Origin: a bacterium
Lineage (GTDB): Bacteria; Patescibacteriota; Minisyncoccia; UBA6257; JAGOQP01
Direction: 5' to 3'
Assembly (NCBI GenBank): GCA_021780615.1
Contig: JAJXYJ010000022.1
Coordinates: 809 to 64,808 of the forward strand
Length of the DNA stretch: 64,000 nucleotides
Shown: positions 40,511 to 48,284 of the stretch, piece by piece
Layout: every line of letters begins with the position of its first letter
Position numbering within the stretch: the first letter of the stretch is position 1
Translations under genes and position numbers: made by a program
The notes under the pieces: model-generated
What the model was told of the DNA's origin: nothing
Database searches by the model: none
The model's input: only the letters and a program-made list of their open reading frames with translations

Positions 40511-41755
40511 CTATAACGAAAATGCGTATAAGTGTTGCGTTCGATGATCAATGAAAAACAGTGTCCCTGCTGTTGCCGCCACGTGCGACACATCCAAAGA
40601 AAGTGCGGTGCCATCAAGAATGGGAACGGATGCATTGTCAGTAGTATCTATTTGATACAACTCATCACTGCTAAAAATAGCATTTTCCAAATAGCTATCG
40701 GGAAGTGTTGTATTTGATCCTTGGCTAAATGATGCGGGCACTCCACAAAAGAGGTGCAATCCATCAGAAGAAAACGCGCATTTTTGAGCAAGCGTCGAAA
40801 ACGGAATAGACGTCATAATATTTCCCGAAACACTGTTGGCAAAAAATCCAAGCATATGAGTGCTATCTTTTGAAATGAAGTATGCAAAAGTAGATCCATT
40901 GGGTGAAAAACGTATTGCCAGCCCTCTACCGGATACCAATGATTGAATTGTTTTTTGAGTAAGATTAATTGTCCACACTTGAGCATTATATAGAGAGGAC
41001 TGCTTAGGAAGCAGTGCGATGGTTGTCGAAGAAGGCCATGCAAGCAGAACATCGCTCAGATATAATGTTGTTACTAACGTCAAAGGTCTTTTACTTGTAG
41101 AAATATTTTGTATATACAATGATTCAGCGCCGGTTCCCGGATCAGTGAGAAATGCAAGAGAAGAACCATTTGGAGAAAATGCCGCACTCACCGCGCCATC
41201 AAGAGGAATCCACACGTTTTGCGTTACATCAAAAAGAGCAATAACTCCTGAATCAAAGGTTACTAATGCTTTTGTGCCAAGCGCATTACCCACCACCGAA
41301 AGAGGCCTCCCATACTGCGACGATGCAATTTTTTGCTCCTTACCTTGTCCCGTAAGTAGGACCACATCTCCCTGCACCGTTACATAAAAAACAGGGTTTG
41401 GAAATGATGGATCATATGGCAACGAAAGCGAGGTAAGTGCCGTGGATGAGGCAACCCAGTAACCCGCAACGAAAGCTGTTGAAAGTTGCGTGAGGCGACT
41501 CAATTGAGATTGGAGTCCTTCGTCACCCTCAACGCCATTTAATCCACCTCCACCACCTTGTACCCCACTTATTCCACCACCCTGGGACGATACTGATCCG
41601 AATCCATTTTGCCCCGAAGAAGATGCGACAGGGAGAGATCCTCCGGGAACAGGAAGAATAAATGATTTTGACTTTTGTAATCCAAAGTAAACACCAACAA
41701 TAATAGCAATAATAACAACAATAAAAATTATAGTGAGGAGTACTTTGCGAGACAT
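40511..41755 (-). CDS. Membrane-anchored beta-propeller protein (TolB/WD40-like repeats)
   Basis: N-terminal TM. Repeated FSPNGSSLAF / FSPNGSTFAYF blades. Confidence 0.4.
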   Translation of the reverse strand: MSRKVLLTIIFIVVIIAIIVGVYFGLQKSKSFILPVPGGSLPVASSSGQNGFGSVSSQGGGISGVQGGGGGLNGVEGDEGLQSQLSRLTQLSTAFVAGYWVASSTALTSLSLPYDPSFPNPVFYVTVQGDVVLLTGQGKEQKIASSQYGRPLSVVGNALGTKALVTFDSGVIALFDVTQNVWIPLDGAVSAAFSPNGSSLAFLTDPGTGAESLYIQNISTSKRPLTLVTTLYLSDVLLAWPSSTTIALLPKQSSLYNAQVWTINLTQKTIQSLVSGRGLAIRFSPNGSTFAYFISKDSTHMLGFFANSVSGNIMTSIPFSTLAQKCAFSSDGLHLFCGVPASFSQGSNTTLPDSYLENAIFSSDELYQIDTTDNASVPILDGTALSLDVSHVAATAGTLFFIDHRTQHLYAFSL

Positions 41756-41763
41756 AATAAAGA

Positions 41764-42741
41764 TTAAAAGTTTATATGGAGATGACGATTTCCTGAAGCG
41801 CTATCGACAATATGCTGGCCAACGGTACTGCTCGTTGTATAACATGTTGTATGACCACATACAGAATTATCAGTGGTTGTAAACTCGTAATGCGGATCAG
41901 CACCGATGCTCTTAAAATAGTTAAAAATGTTTTGCCAACTCGCTAACGTACCAGCATTGGACGTAATATCAGCAGCCGAACCATTGTAATGATTTGATGT
42001 TGCCGCATGAGATCCTCCTGTTAAACTTGATACGGTAAAATTGTCAACGCCACCAGTCTTTCTTGCTTGTTCAGCAGTAGTTAATTTTTTTAAAAGATTG
42101 TAGGTTAGCGTAACCGTACCACTTGGCCCTCCTGCAGTACACGAACAATCAGGAGAACATACGTAAGGATATCGCCCCATAGAGACATCTTGCATAATAG
42201 CTCGGGGACTCGATTCTGCAACACATGTCGCAGAAGAACTCAATCCATCCCCCCCTTTAATGGCAAGATATTTTAATGCAAGTTGTGATTCTTGTGTATC
42301 AGTATTGGTAGTACTTGAGGGGGGAACTCCCGTTGTTCCCAGTCCCGTCGGCGTCGGTGTAACAATTTGAACCTGTGTTAACCCTGGATTTTTAAGAACC
42401 GTCAACGTCGGATTAATAGTATTTAAAATAAGAAATGCACCTCCCAAAAGCACAATCCCCCACACCGCACTCTTAATAATTTCTGTCGCATCCTTTTGAG
42501 CAGAGCTATTACCGCCAGTCACCACATACTTAACGCCCCCATACACAATCATAACCACCGCAAGCGTTCCAGCGATACCAAGCGCATACATATAAATATT
42601 ATTAACCAAACTTGCCGGATCAGTTGAGTTGGCAAACGAAGGAAGTCCTAAATCATAGGCATGTGCAACGAGAGGAGAAAAGAACGTTGTTATAAAAGAA
42701 AGGGTGTGGGAAAATAAATACATAGTTAAGTAATAATACAA
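41764..42741 (-). CDS. Membrane protein with a VirB2/TrbC-like two-helix N-terminal region and a C-terminal peptidase M15 (VanY/LAS-type) zinc peptidase domain. It is a probable cell-wall hydrolase of the T4SS-like cluster.
   Basis: Signal/TM region ...AHAYD; two hydrophobic helices separated by a short loop (ALGIAGTLAVVMIVYGG...AVWGIVLLGGAFLIL). C-terminal SNHYNGSAAD fits the M15 S-x-H-x-x-G-x-A-x-D motif, and the terminal HLH supplies the third zinc ligand. Confidence 0.45.
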   Translation of the reverse strand: MYYYLTMYLFSHTLSFITTFFSPLVAHAYDLGLPSFANSTDPASLVNNIYMYALGIAGTLAVVMIVYGGVKYVVTGGNSSAQKDATEIIKSAVWGIVLLGGAFLILNTINPTLTVLKNPGLTQVQIVTPTPTGLGTTGVPPSSTTNTDTQESQLALKYLAIKGGDGLSSSATCVAESSPRAIMQDVSMGRYPYVCSPDCSCTAGGPSGTVTLTYNLLKKLTTAEQARKTGGVDNFTVSSLTGGSHAATSNHYNGSAADITSNAGTLASWQNIFNYFKSIGADPHYEFTTTDNSVCGHTTCYTTSSTVGQHIVDSASGNRHLHINF

Positions 42742-42744
42742 TAA

Positions 42745-43455
42745 TTACTGCGTAAGGGAAAAAGAATAAGAAGCATTTCCTTGTTCAAAAGGATCTTGAT
42801 TGCTCGAGAGAGCCACTCCCACATTCACTGGTCCTGCGGCCCCCGAGGGAATGGATAGTGGTAACGCCAATGATGACACTTCCGTTGCGGGCACTTGATT
42901 GCCATTCACCGTCCATGTGGCAACAAGAAACTGATCAGCGGTATTAAAAAAGAAAGGAATCGCAGTAATGGTCGAGGTGGTGTTTGTTGGTAAAGATGAT
43001 GTAGGCAAAGAAAGAAAAACTAATGGGTTGGTAACGGGAATAGAAAACCAACACTCGGGAAAATAGGCGCTGTTGTCAGTCGGATCATAATATGAAAAAG
43101 CGACACTGCCGGTAATGTTGCTTCCCGAAAGATCATTATTGGCAATCGTAAGCTCCTGCATGCCTGTGCCCTTACGCACTAAGTCGCCATTGAGATACCA
43201 GCGCACCTCTTTATTTGAGAGATCTAATATTTTCCCCTTATCAGCCGGATTTTGACTCACTGCCTCAAGCGTAACCCGTACGGACGACTGACGAATGGGA
43301 ATAATTTTTCCCATAAACCATGTCGGTGCATGATTTTGAGATTTCCACGTAATAATACACTGCGGATCAGCGGCATGGGCAAAAGAAAAGCTACCCAATA
43401 CCCCTATCACACCTATTCCCATACACAATAATAATTTTTTATACATGGTACCCAT
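42745..43455 (-). CDS. Secreted hypothetical protein
   Basis: Signal peptide MYKKLLLCMGIGVIGVLGSFSFAHA. Length is 236 aa. Operon member. Confidence 0.35.
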   Translation of the reverse strand: MGTMYKKLLLCMGIGVIGVLGSFSFAHAADPQCIITWKSQNHAPTWFMGKIIPIRQSSVRVTLEAVSQNPADKGKILDLSNKEVRWYLNGDLVRKGTGMQELTIANNDLSGSNITGSVAFSYYDPTDNSAYFPECWFSIPVTNPLVFLSLPTSSLPTNTTSTITAIPFFFNTADQFLVATWTVNGNQVPATEVSSLALPLSIPSGAAGPVNVGVALSSNQDPFEQGNASYSFSLTQ

Positions 43456-43511
43456 CTCGTATTCTTATAAAGGGTAGTATATCAAAAAAGCAGTAAGAGA
43501 TAAAACACCCT

Positions 43512-43979
43512 TTAGGGTTTTTTATTCCCCATTTTTTCCAAAACCTCCCCTGCCACTCCAAACCATTGCTGAAACTTTTCAGGATGATTAACGGCAATAA
43601 CCGTCATAATCGCCGCGACCGTACTGATAGGAAGCACATCAAGTCCAGGAATTAACTCAACCGCCTGTGCAATTGCATTCTTTGAAATAACCTGATGTAC
43701 GCCTTTGAGCCATAGCCAAAGAACGGTCGCTGGACCAAATAAAAAGCGAGTAAACCAAAAGGGATCGGTTAAATCGCCAATGACTGCCATGGAAACATAA
43801 AGAAATATTTCAATGTGATCAAAATGTGGCCCAAGTGAATCGTTAACATCCGCCTCCCCATCAGTCAAAGTATCGTCCACATCTTCGTCGTCATCCGACG
43901 CAGCGGAAACATCCTCATGGTACCGAGGGACATATTCCTGACTATCTTGATTTTGCTGTTCTTGGATATCGTCAGGCAT
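43512..43979 (-). CDS. Small membrane protein with an acidic N-terminus
   Basis: 155 aa with a D/E-rich N-terminus and 3-4 TM helices. Operon member. Confidence 0.35.
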   Translation of the reverse strand: MPDDIQEQQNQDSQEYVPRYHEDVSAASDDDEDVDDTLTDGEADVNDSLGPHFDHIEIFLYVSMAVIGDLTDPFWFTRFLFGPATVLWLWLKGVHQVISKNAIAQAVELIPGLDVLPISTVAAIMTVIAVNHPEKFQQWFGVAGEVLEKMGNKKP

Positions 43980-44076
43980 AAAATTGAAAAATGAAGTATG
44001 GAATATGTATCAAGTATTAAGGAAAAATATTTTTTTCTTCCATACTACATATTCCATACCCCTTATCCCACATTAG

Positions 44077-45834
44077 TTACACCAACCCCTCCTCTTCTCC
44101 TAAAAGTTGCTGCGGCTTGGTGGTAATAATTTTATCCTCAAAATACGAAGCGACCACTTGCATGGCTACGTGCTTCAGACCGGCAAAAAAGAGTCCTTGC
44201 CCCACCCCTGCCTCGAGCAACAAATTCTTTTCCGCTTCAGTTAAATTAAATGTTTTTGCCACCGTATCGATAGTTGCGGGAGATTGTTTTAAAAGCAACT
44301 GCAACGATGAGTTGGTAATAATAGGCTTGCCGTAGGGGGAATTCATAAAATCATCAACTTCTTGCGTAATCGTTGAAAGTCCTAAGTAGTACTTGCGTCC
44401 GCGCTTTGCAAGACCATACAGAAACGCCGCACCCTCAGGATATTTCATCATCACCCAGGCTTCATCAATAACCAAAATGCGCCGCTTTAACTGTGACCGC
44501 ACCAGGTTCCAGATAAAATTCAAAATGACATACATCGCGATCGGACGCAGTTCATCCTCAAGATCGCGAATAGAAAATACGATAAGACGATTATTCACGT
44601 CAATGTTCGTTTTTTGATTCACAAATCCGGCATAACTTCCCTGAGTAAATTTATACAATCGCTCAGCCAAGGAACGCCCTCCTTCCATATTTCGCAACAC
44701 CGTCTCAAAATCAGACAAAAGAGGTGGTTCCATCTTTAAGAAATTAGGATTGTCCGGCGTAATATCATAGGACGCATATGTTTCGGTCAGCGCGCGATCA
44801 AGCAGCGACTCTTCTTCCACACTAATCTCTCCTAACATAATTTTAAGCAATCCGGTAAGAGTTAAAATGTGTGACTTAAAAACGTCGGCAGGATCTTCAC
44901 CCTTGGGAACCATAGGAATATCAAACGGGTTAATGTGCTGATCAGAGGTAAGGGATATTTTAAAATAGGTGCCACCCACCGTATCACTAAGATTTTTATA
45001 TTCATTTTCAGGATCGATAACCAATACGTCAGTACCGATCATAAGTGAGCGCAGTATTTCCAGCTTTGTCGCATACGATTTTCCACCACCTGATTTTGCA
45101 AAAACAACCTGATTCGCATTTTCCAATGAAAATCGATCAAAAATAACCAAAGAATTATTATGCAAATTAATGCCATAGAGAATGCCGCTCTCGCTGGTTA
45201 AATCCATTGATACAAAAGGGAAAAAAGAAGAAACCGGACCCGAATTGAGTGGTGTGTGTATACCGAGTTTATCCTGACCCAAGGGAAGCGTGGAAATAAA
45301 TCCATCGACTTGCTGAAAGAGTGCCGGTTTTACATAAATAAGCTTGCTCTCAAAGAGGTTAATAATCATTTCTTCAAGCTCATTGATCTTTTCAATGGAG
45401 TCTCCGTACACCGTAATGTACACCCCCACATCAAAGAGGCGCTCCTGAGCCTGTTGCAGATTGTCCCGCAGAGATTCAATGTCATTAAATGCTGTCTCTA
45501 ACATAGGATCGCGCACAAACCCTTTGTCTTGTCGATCAATAACCTCAGCTTCTACCTGTGCCGCCTTTTTACGCAGATTTCGCAACGCCAGCGCGGTATC
45601 AACGGGATGAATAAAAATGGATATGTCAAAAAGTTTTGACAAATTAATAATAGGAGAAAACCAGCTACTGGAAAGATAGCGTGGATATGAAAAGATAAAA
45701 AATGTTTTTGAATATTTATCTCCTATTTTGACGTAGTTTTGACCAACCTCAAGAGCGGCGGGAGCAATGATATTTTTAACCCCTCCTCCTTGCTCATCGA
45801 TTTGATTATTGGATGTGTGTGTAGTGTCTGACAT
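44077..45834 (-). CDS. Type IV secretion VirB4/TraC-family ATPase, C-terminal ATPase portion
   Basis: Walker A FAKSGGGKSY. Walker B ILVIDEAW. CagE/TrbE/VirB domain organisation. Length is 585 aa. Confidence 0.8.
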   Translation of the reverse strand: MSDTTHTSNNQIDEQGGGVKNIIAPAALEVGQNYVKIGDKYSKTFFIFSYPRYLSSSWFSPIINLSKLFDISIFIHPVDTALALRNLRKKAAQVEAEVIDRQDKGFVRDPMLETAFNDIESLRDNLQQAQERLFDVGVYITVYGDSIEKINELEEMIINLFESKLIYVKPALFQQVDGFISTLPLGQDKLGIHTPLNSGPVSSFFPFVSMDLTSESGILYGINLHNNSLVIFDRFSLENANQVVFAKSGGGKSYATKLEILRSLMIGTDVLVIDPENEYKNLSDTVGGTYFKISLTSDQHINPFDIPMVPKGEDPADVFKSHILTLTGLLKIMLGEISVEEESLLDRALTETYASYDITPDNPNFLKMEPPLLSDFETVLRNMEGGRSLAERLYKFTQGSYAGFVNQKTNIDVNNRLIVFSIRDLEDELRPIAMYVILNFIWNLVRSQLKRRILVIDEAWVMMKYPEGAAFLYGLAKRGRKYYLGLSTITQEVDDFMNSPYGKPIITNSSLQLLLKQSPATIDTVAKTFNLTEAEKNLLLEAGVGQGLFFAGLKHVAMQVVASYFEDKIITTKPQQLLGEEEGLV

Positions 45835-45855
45835 ACGTGTTATATACCTATCATG

Positions 45856-46545
45856 TTATGACTGTGTGCTCGGCGAAGTGCCGACTGCCGAAACAGATTC
45901 TTGTGAGGGAAGCTTTTTTTCTATCGCCTCGGGATTATACAAATTATAATACAGCTCAAGAAGCTCCTCATCGTTTAACGAAACCGCTCGCAAGCCAATC
46001 CGTTCAAGACCATTCAACACTTCATCAACGCGCTGTTGTAACTGAGCATATTTTTCTTCGTCCGATTCTTCTTGCTGATGTTTATTTTTTTTACCCGCCA
46101 AAAACGGCAGAAAACGGGCGGCACCTTTTTGTAACTCTCGAATGCCCCCACCATCATAAGGAATGACGGCAAAAAACGTTTTGGTCATAATTTCATTCTG
46201 TTTCACAAACCCACGAATAAATTCAATATATTCCGCTGTTTGATTTTTAAGAAGTTCGTTTGTTTCAGCATCACGAACCCCTTCCATTTTATGAAGGTAT
46301 CCACTGATATTTAATTTACGGGAATGAATAACGATTTGAATGGAAAAATCGAGTGCATTTAAAAAATTCTGATAGGCGCTGGTAATACCATCTTGTTCTT
46401 CTTCTGATTTGAGCTCAAAATTAACACCAGCCACCATCACTACCGCCCGCAACCCACCCGTTTTCAAACGAATAACGCCATTTTTTATCTCTTCCACATC
46501 AATGAATTGCTGCGTTGCATTTTGAGGAAATGTTGCTTGTGGCAT
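45856..46545 (-). CDS. VirB4 N-terminal domain-like protein. It is in the same frame as the downstream ATPase ORF, separated by one TAA and 7 codons.
   Basis: VIRLKTGGLRAVVMVAGVNFELKSEEEQDGITSAYQNFLNALDFSIQIVIHSR resembles the conserved VirB4/TraE N-terminal block. 229+7+585 aa is about the canonical VirB4 length. Confidence 0.5.
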   Translation of the reverse strand: MPQATFPQNATQQFIDVEEIKNGVIRLKTGGLRAVVMVAGVNFELKSEEEQDGITSAYQNFLNALDFSIQIVIHSRKLNISGYLHKMEGVRDAETNELLKNQTAEYIEFIRGFVKQNEIMTKTFFAVIPYDGGGIRELQKGAARFLPFLAGKKNKHQQEESDEEKYAQLQQRVDEVLNGLERIGLRAVSLNDEELLELYYNLYNPEAIEKKLPSQESVSAVGTSPSTQS

Positions 46546-46647
46546 AAAAATAAGTACGTACTCAAAAAATAATTATCTTAAAAATCGATACGGCTATCTA
46601 TACACGTAGTATACCATAAAATACAACGAAACTCAGCGAAAGCCGGC

Positions 46648-47172
46648 TCACCGATAATCAATACGCCGCGCAACTTCACGCTCGCCCGTGATACGTCGCA
46701 ATACCTGATATTGCTCTTGGATTTCTTTGATCGATTTTCGAGGAGGTGTTTTTTCTCGTTTAGGTATGGGATTTTTTGTGGTTGTTAAATCTTGAAATAA
46801 TTTTCCAACTTTGGAAAAATCGGGAACGATATCTTTTAAATTTTGTCGAGTATGTTCAACCGAAGGAATGGCTATTGCTTCATGAAGCACAAGAGGACGA
46901 CGCCACAAAAATAATTTTGGTTCCCAAAAAAACTTGAGGCCATACAGGGCAACCATATAGAGCGGCCTCCCGCCAATTTTAATAAACGCAAACGTTGCAC
47001 CAACTGAAAGTAATACGATTGCCACCAAAATCCACACAACAATGTTGAGTACAAAAAACAAAAAGAAGCAAATGAGCGCTGGTAATGCAATGAACGCAAA
47101 CTGCTTCAACGTCAGCGGGCCGACGATTTTACTCTCAAAATCAATAAATTGTGGAACGGTAAACTGAGCCAT
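46648..47172 (-). CDS. PrgI/VirB3-like small membrane protein
   Basis: MAQFTVPQFIDFESKIVGPLTLKQFAFIALPALICFF matches the PrgI-family N-terminal signature (xVPQFIDxExKIxGPLTxKQF). Two TM helices. It lies immediately upstream of virB4. Confidence 0.5.
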   Translation of the reverse strand: MAQFTVPQFIDFESKIVGPLTLKQFAFIALPALICFFLFFVLNIVVWILVAIVLLSVGATFAFIKIGGRPLYMVALYGLKFFWEPKLFLWRRPLVLHEAIAIPSVEHTRQNLKDIVPDFSKVGKLFQDLTTTKNPIPKREKTPPRKSIKEIQEQYQVLRRITGEREVARRIDYR

Positions 47173-47232
47173 AGGTAATGATAGTAAGTATCAAGGATTA
47201 AAAGCTATATATCAATAGCCTCAGACAACCCA

Positions 47233-48240
47233 CTATGAAAGCGGCGTCTTAAATCCCGTATAATTTACCACCTTCGCTTTTTCTTGAATTTGAGGATTAG
47301 GTGCCCCATATTTTTTCACCGTAACAGGAATCTGCTGCGAGGGGGCCACTGGTGATGAAGGGGATTGCGGAGAGGCAGGGGGTTCTTGGCGGAGTATCGA
47401 CGATGACGCATCCCGCTCAGGAAACGGTTGTAAAGGAATTTCAACGCGTGCTCGCGATGCTGGCGCCTGCCGTTGTTGAGAAAAGGCTGTTTTAAAGGAT
47501 CCCATAAAACTGCCATACGACATTGGACGATATGTTTGCTGTGGTGTTTGGCGAACAATGGGCTTTGCCTCACCTTCCGTATGAAGAATAAAAGGCATTT
47601 CTCCTTGAGGTGTTGGAGAAGGAGTGGGTATAGGCTCGGAGGCAACGGGAGGCAAAGGAACAGTGTTTATTGAAATACTTTCTGTGGGCATGGGCGCGGG
47701 AGGGGGCAAAGGAACATCTTGGCGCAACACTAACGGTGCCGCTTCCATGGTGGATATAGTTTCTGGAGAAACAACGGTATCATTCGATGCGGGTATCGGC
47801 TGTTGCTCTTCTTCTTTTTTAAGATTAAGAGATTCGTCAATATGAACAAGCGGATCAGTAATAACCAATTTTTCTTCCAACTGTACATCATCAAATTCAG
47901 GATGAGGAACCTCTTGCATGGCACGACGAAATGATTCTATATCAGCCCGTACTGGCGCAAAAACATCACGATCAACTTGCTGATAAATATCTAACGCTGT
48001 TTTTGCATCAACGCCAATATCGCTCTGGAGAGAATCAAAAAATTCTTTACTTTGAACAAAACCAAGGAGCACAAACATACAAAGCCGCTGTAACGTTCGA
48101 TGCTGTTGCTTGGTCAACACATTATTTTCTCGAAAAGAGTACAGCACATCATCTGTTACAGGAGAAAAAAGCGCCTCTCGAATTGTATCGGGTGCCCTTT
48201 CCCATCGTTCATTTATGTCATGTTGAGGATATGTGTGCAT
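47233..48240 (-). CDS. Pro-rich hypothetical protein
   Basis: 335 aa with PLPPPAPMP and PTPSPTP tracts. Operon member. Confidence 0.3.
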   Translation of the reverse strand: MHTYPQHDINERWERAPDTIREALFSPVTDDVLYSFRENNVLTKQQHRTLQRLCMFVLLGFVQSKEFFDSLQSDIGVDAKTALDIYQQVDRDVFAPVRADIESFRRAMQEVPHPEFDDVQLEEKLVITDPLVHIDESLNLKKEEEQQPIPASNDTVVSPETISTMEAAPLVLRQDVPLPPPAPMPTESISINTVPLPPVASEPIPTPSPTPQGEMPFILHTEGEAKPIVRQTPQQTYRPMSYGSFMGSFKTAFSQQRQAPASRARVEIPLQPFPERDASSSILRQEPPASPQSPSSPVAPSQQIPVTVKKYGAPNPQIQEKAKVVNYTGFKTPLS

Positions 48241-48284
48241 GTGTTATGTATAAAATGAGCCACTCTATTTTAAGGAGTTGAAGA

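Noticed and set aside
45856-45858. Stop-codon reassignment (alternative genetic code) as the explanation for the split VirB4
   Set aside because: The interrupting codon is TAA, not TGA. TGA and TAA both terminate well-supported genes elsewhere in the window (for example TGA at 613-615), which is consistent with standard code 11.
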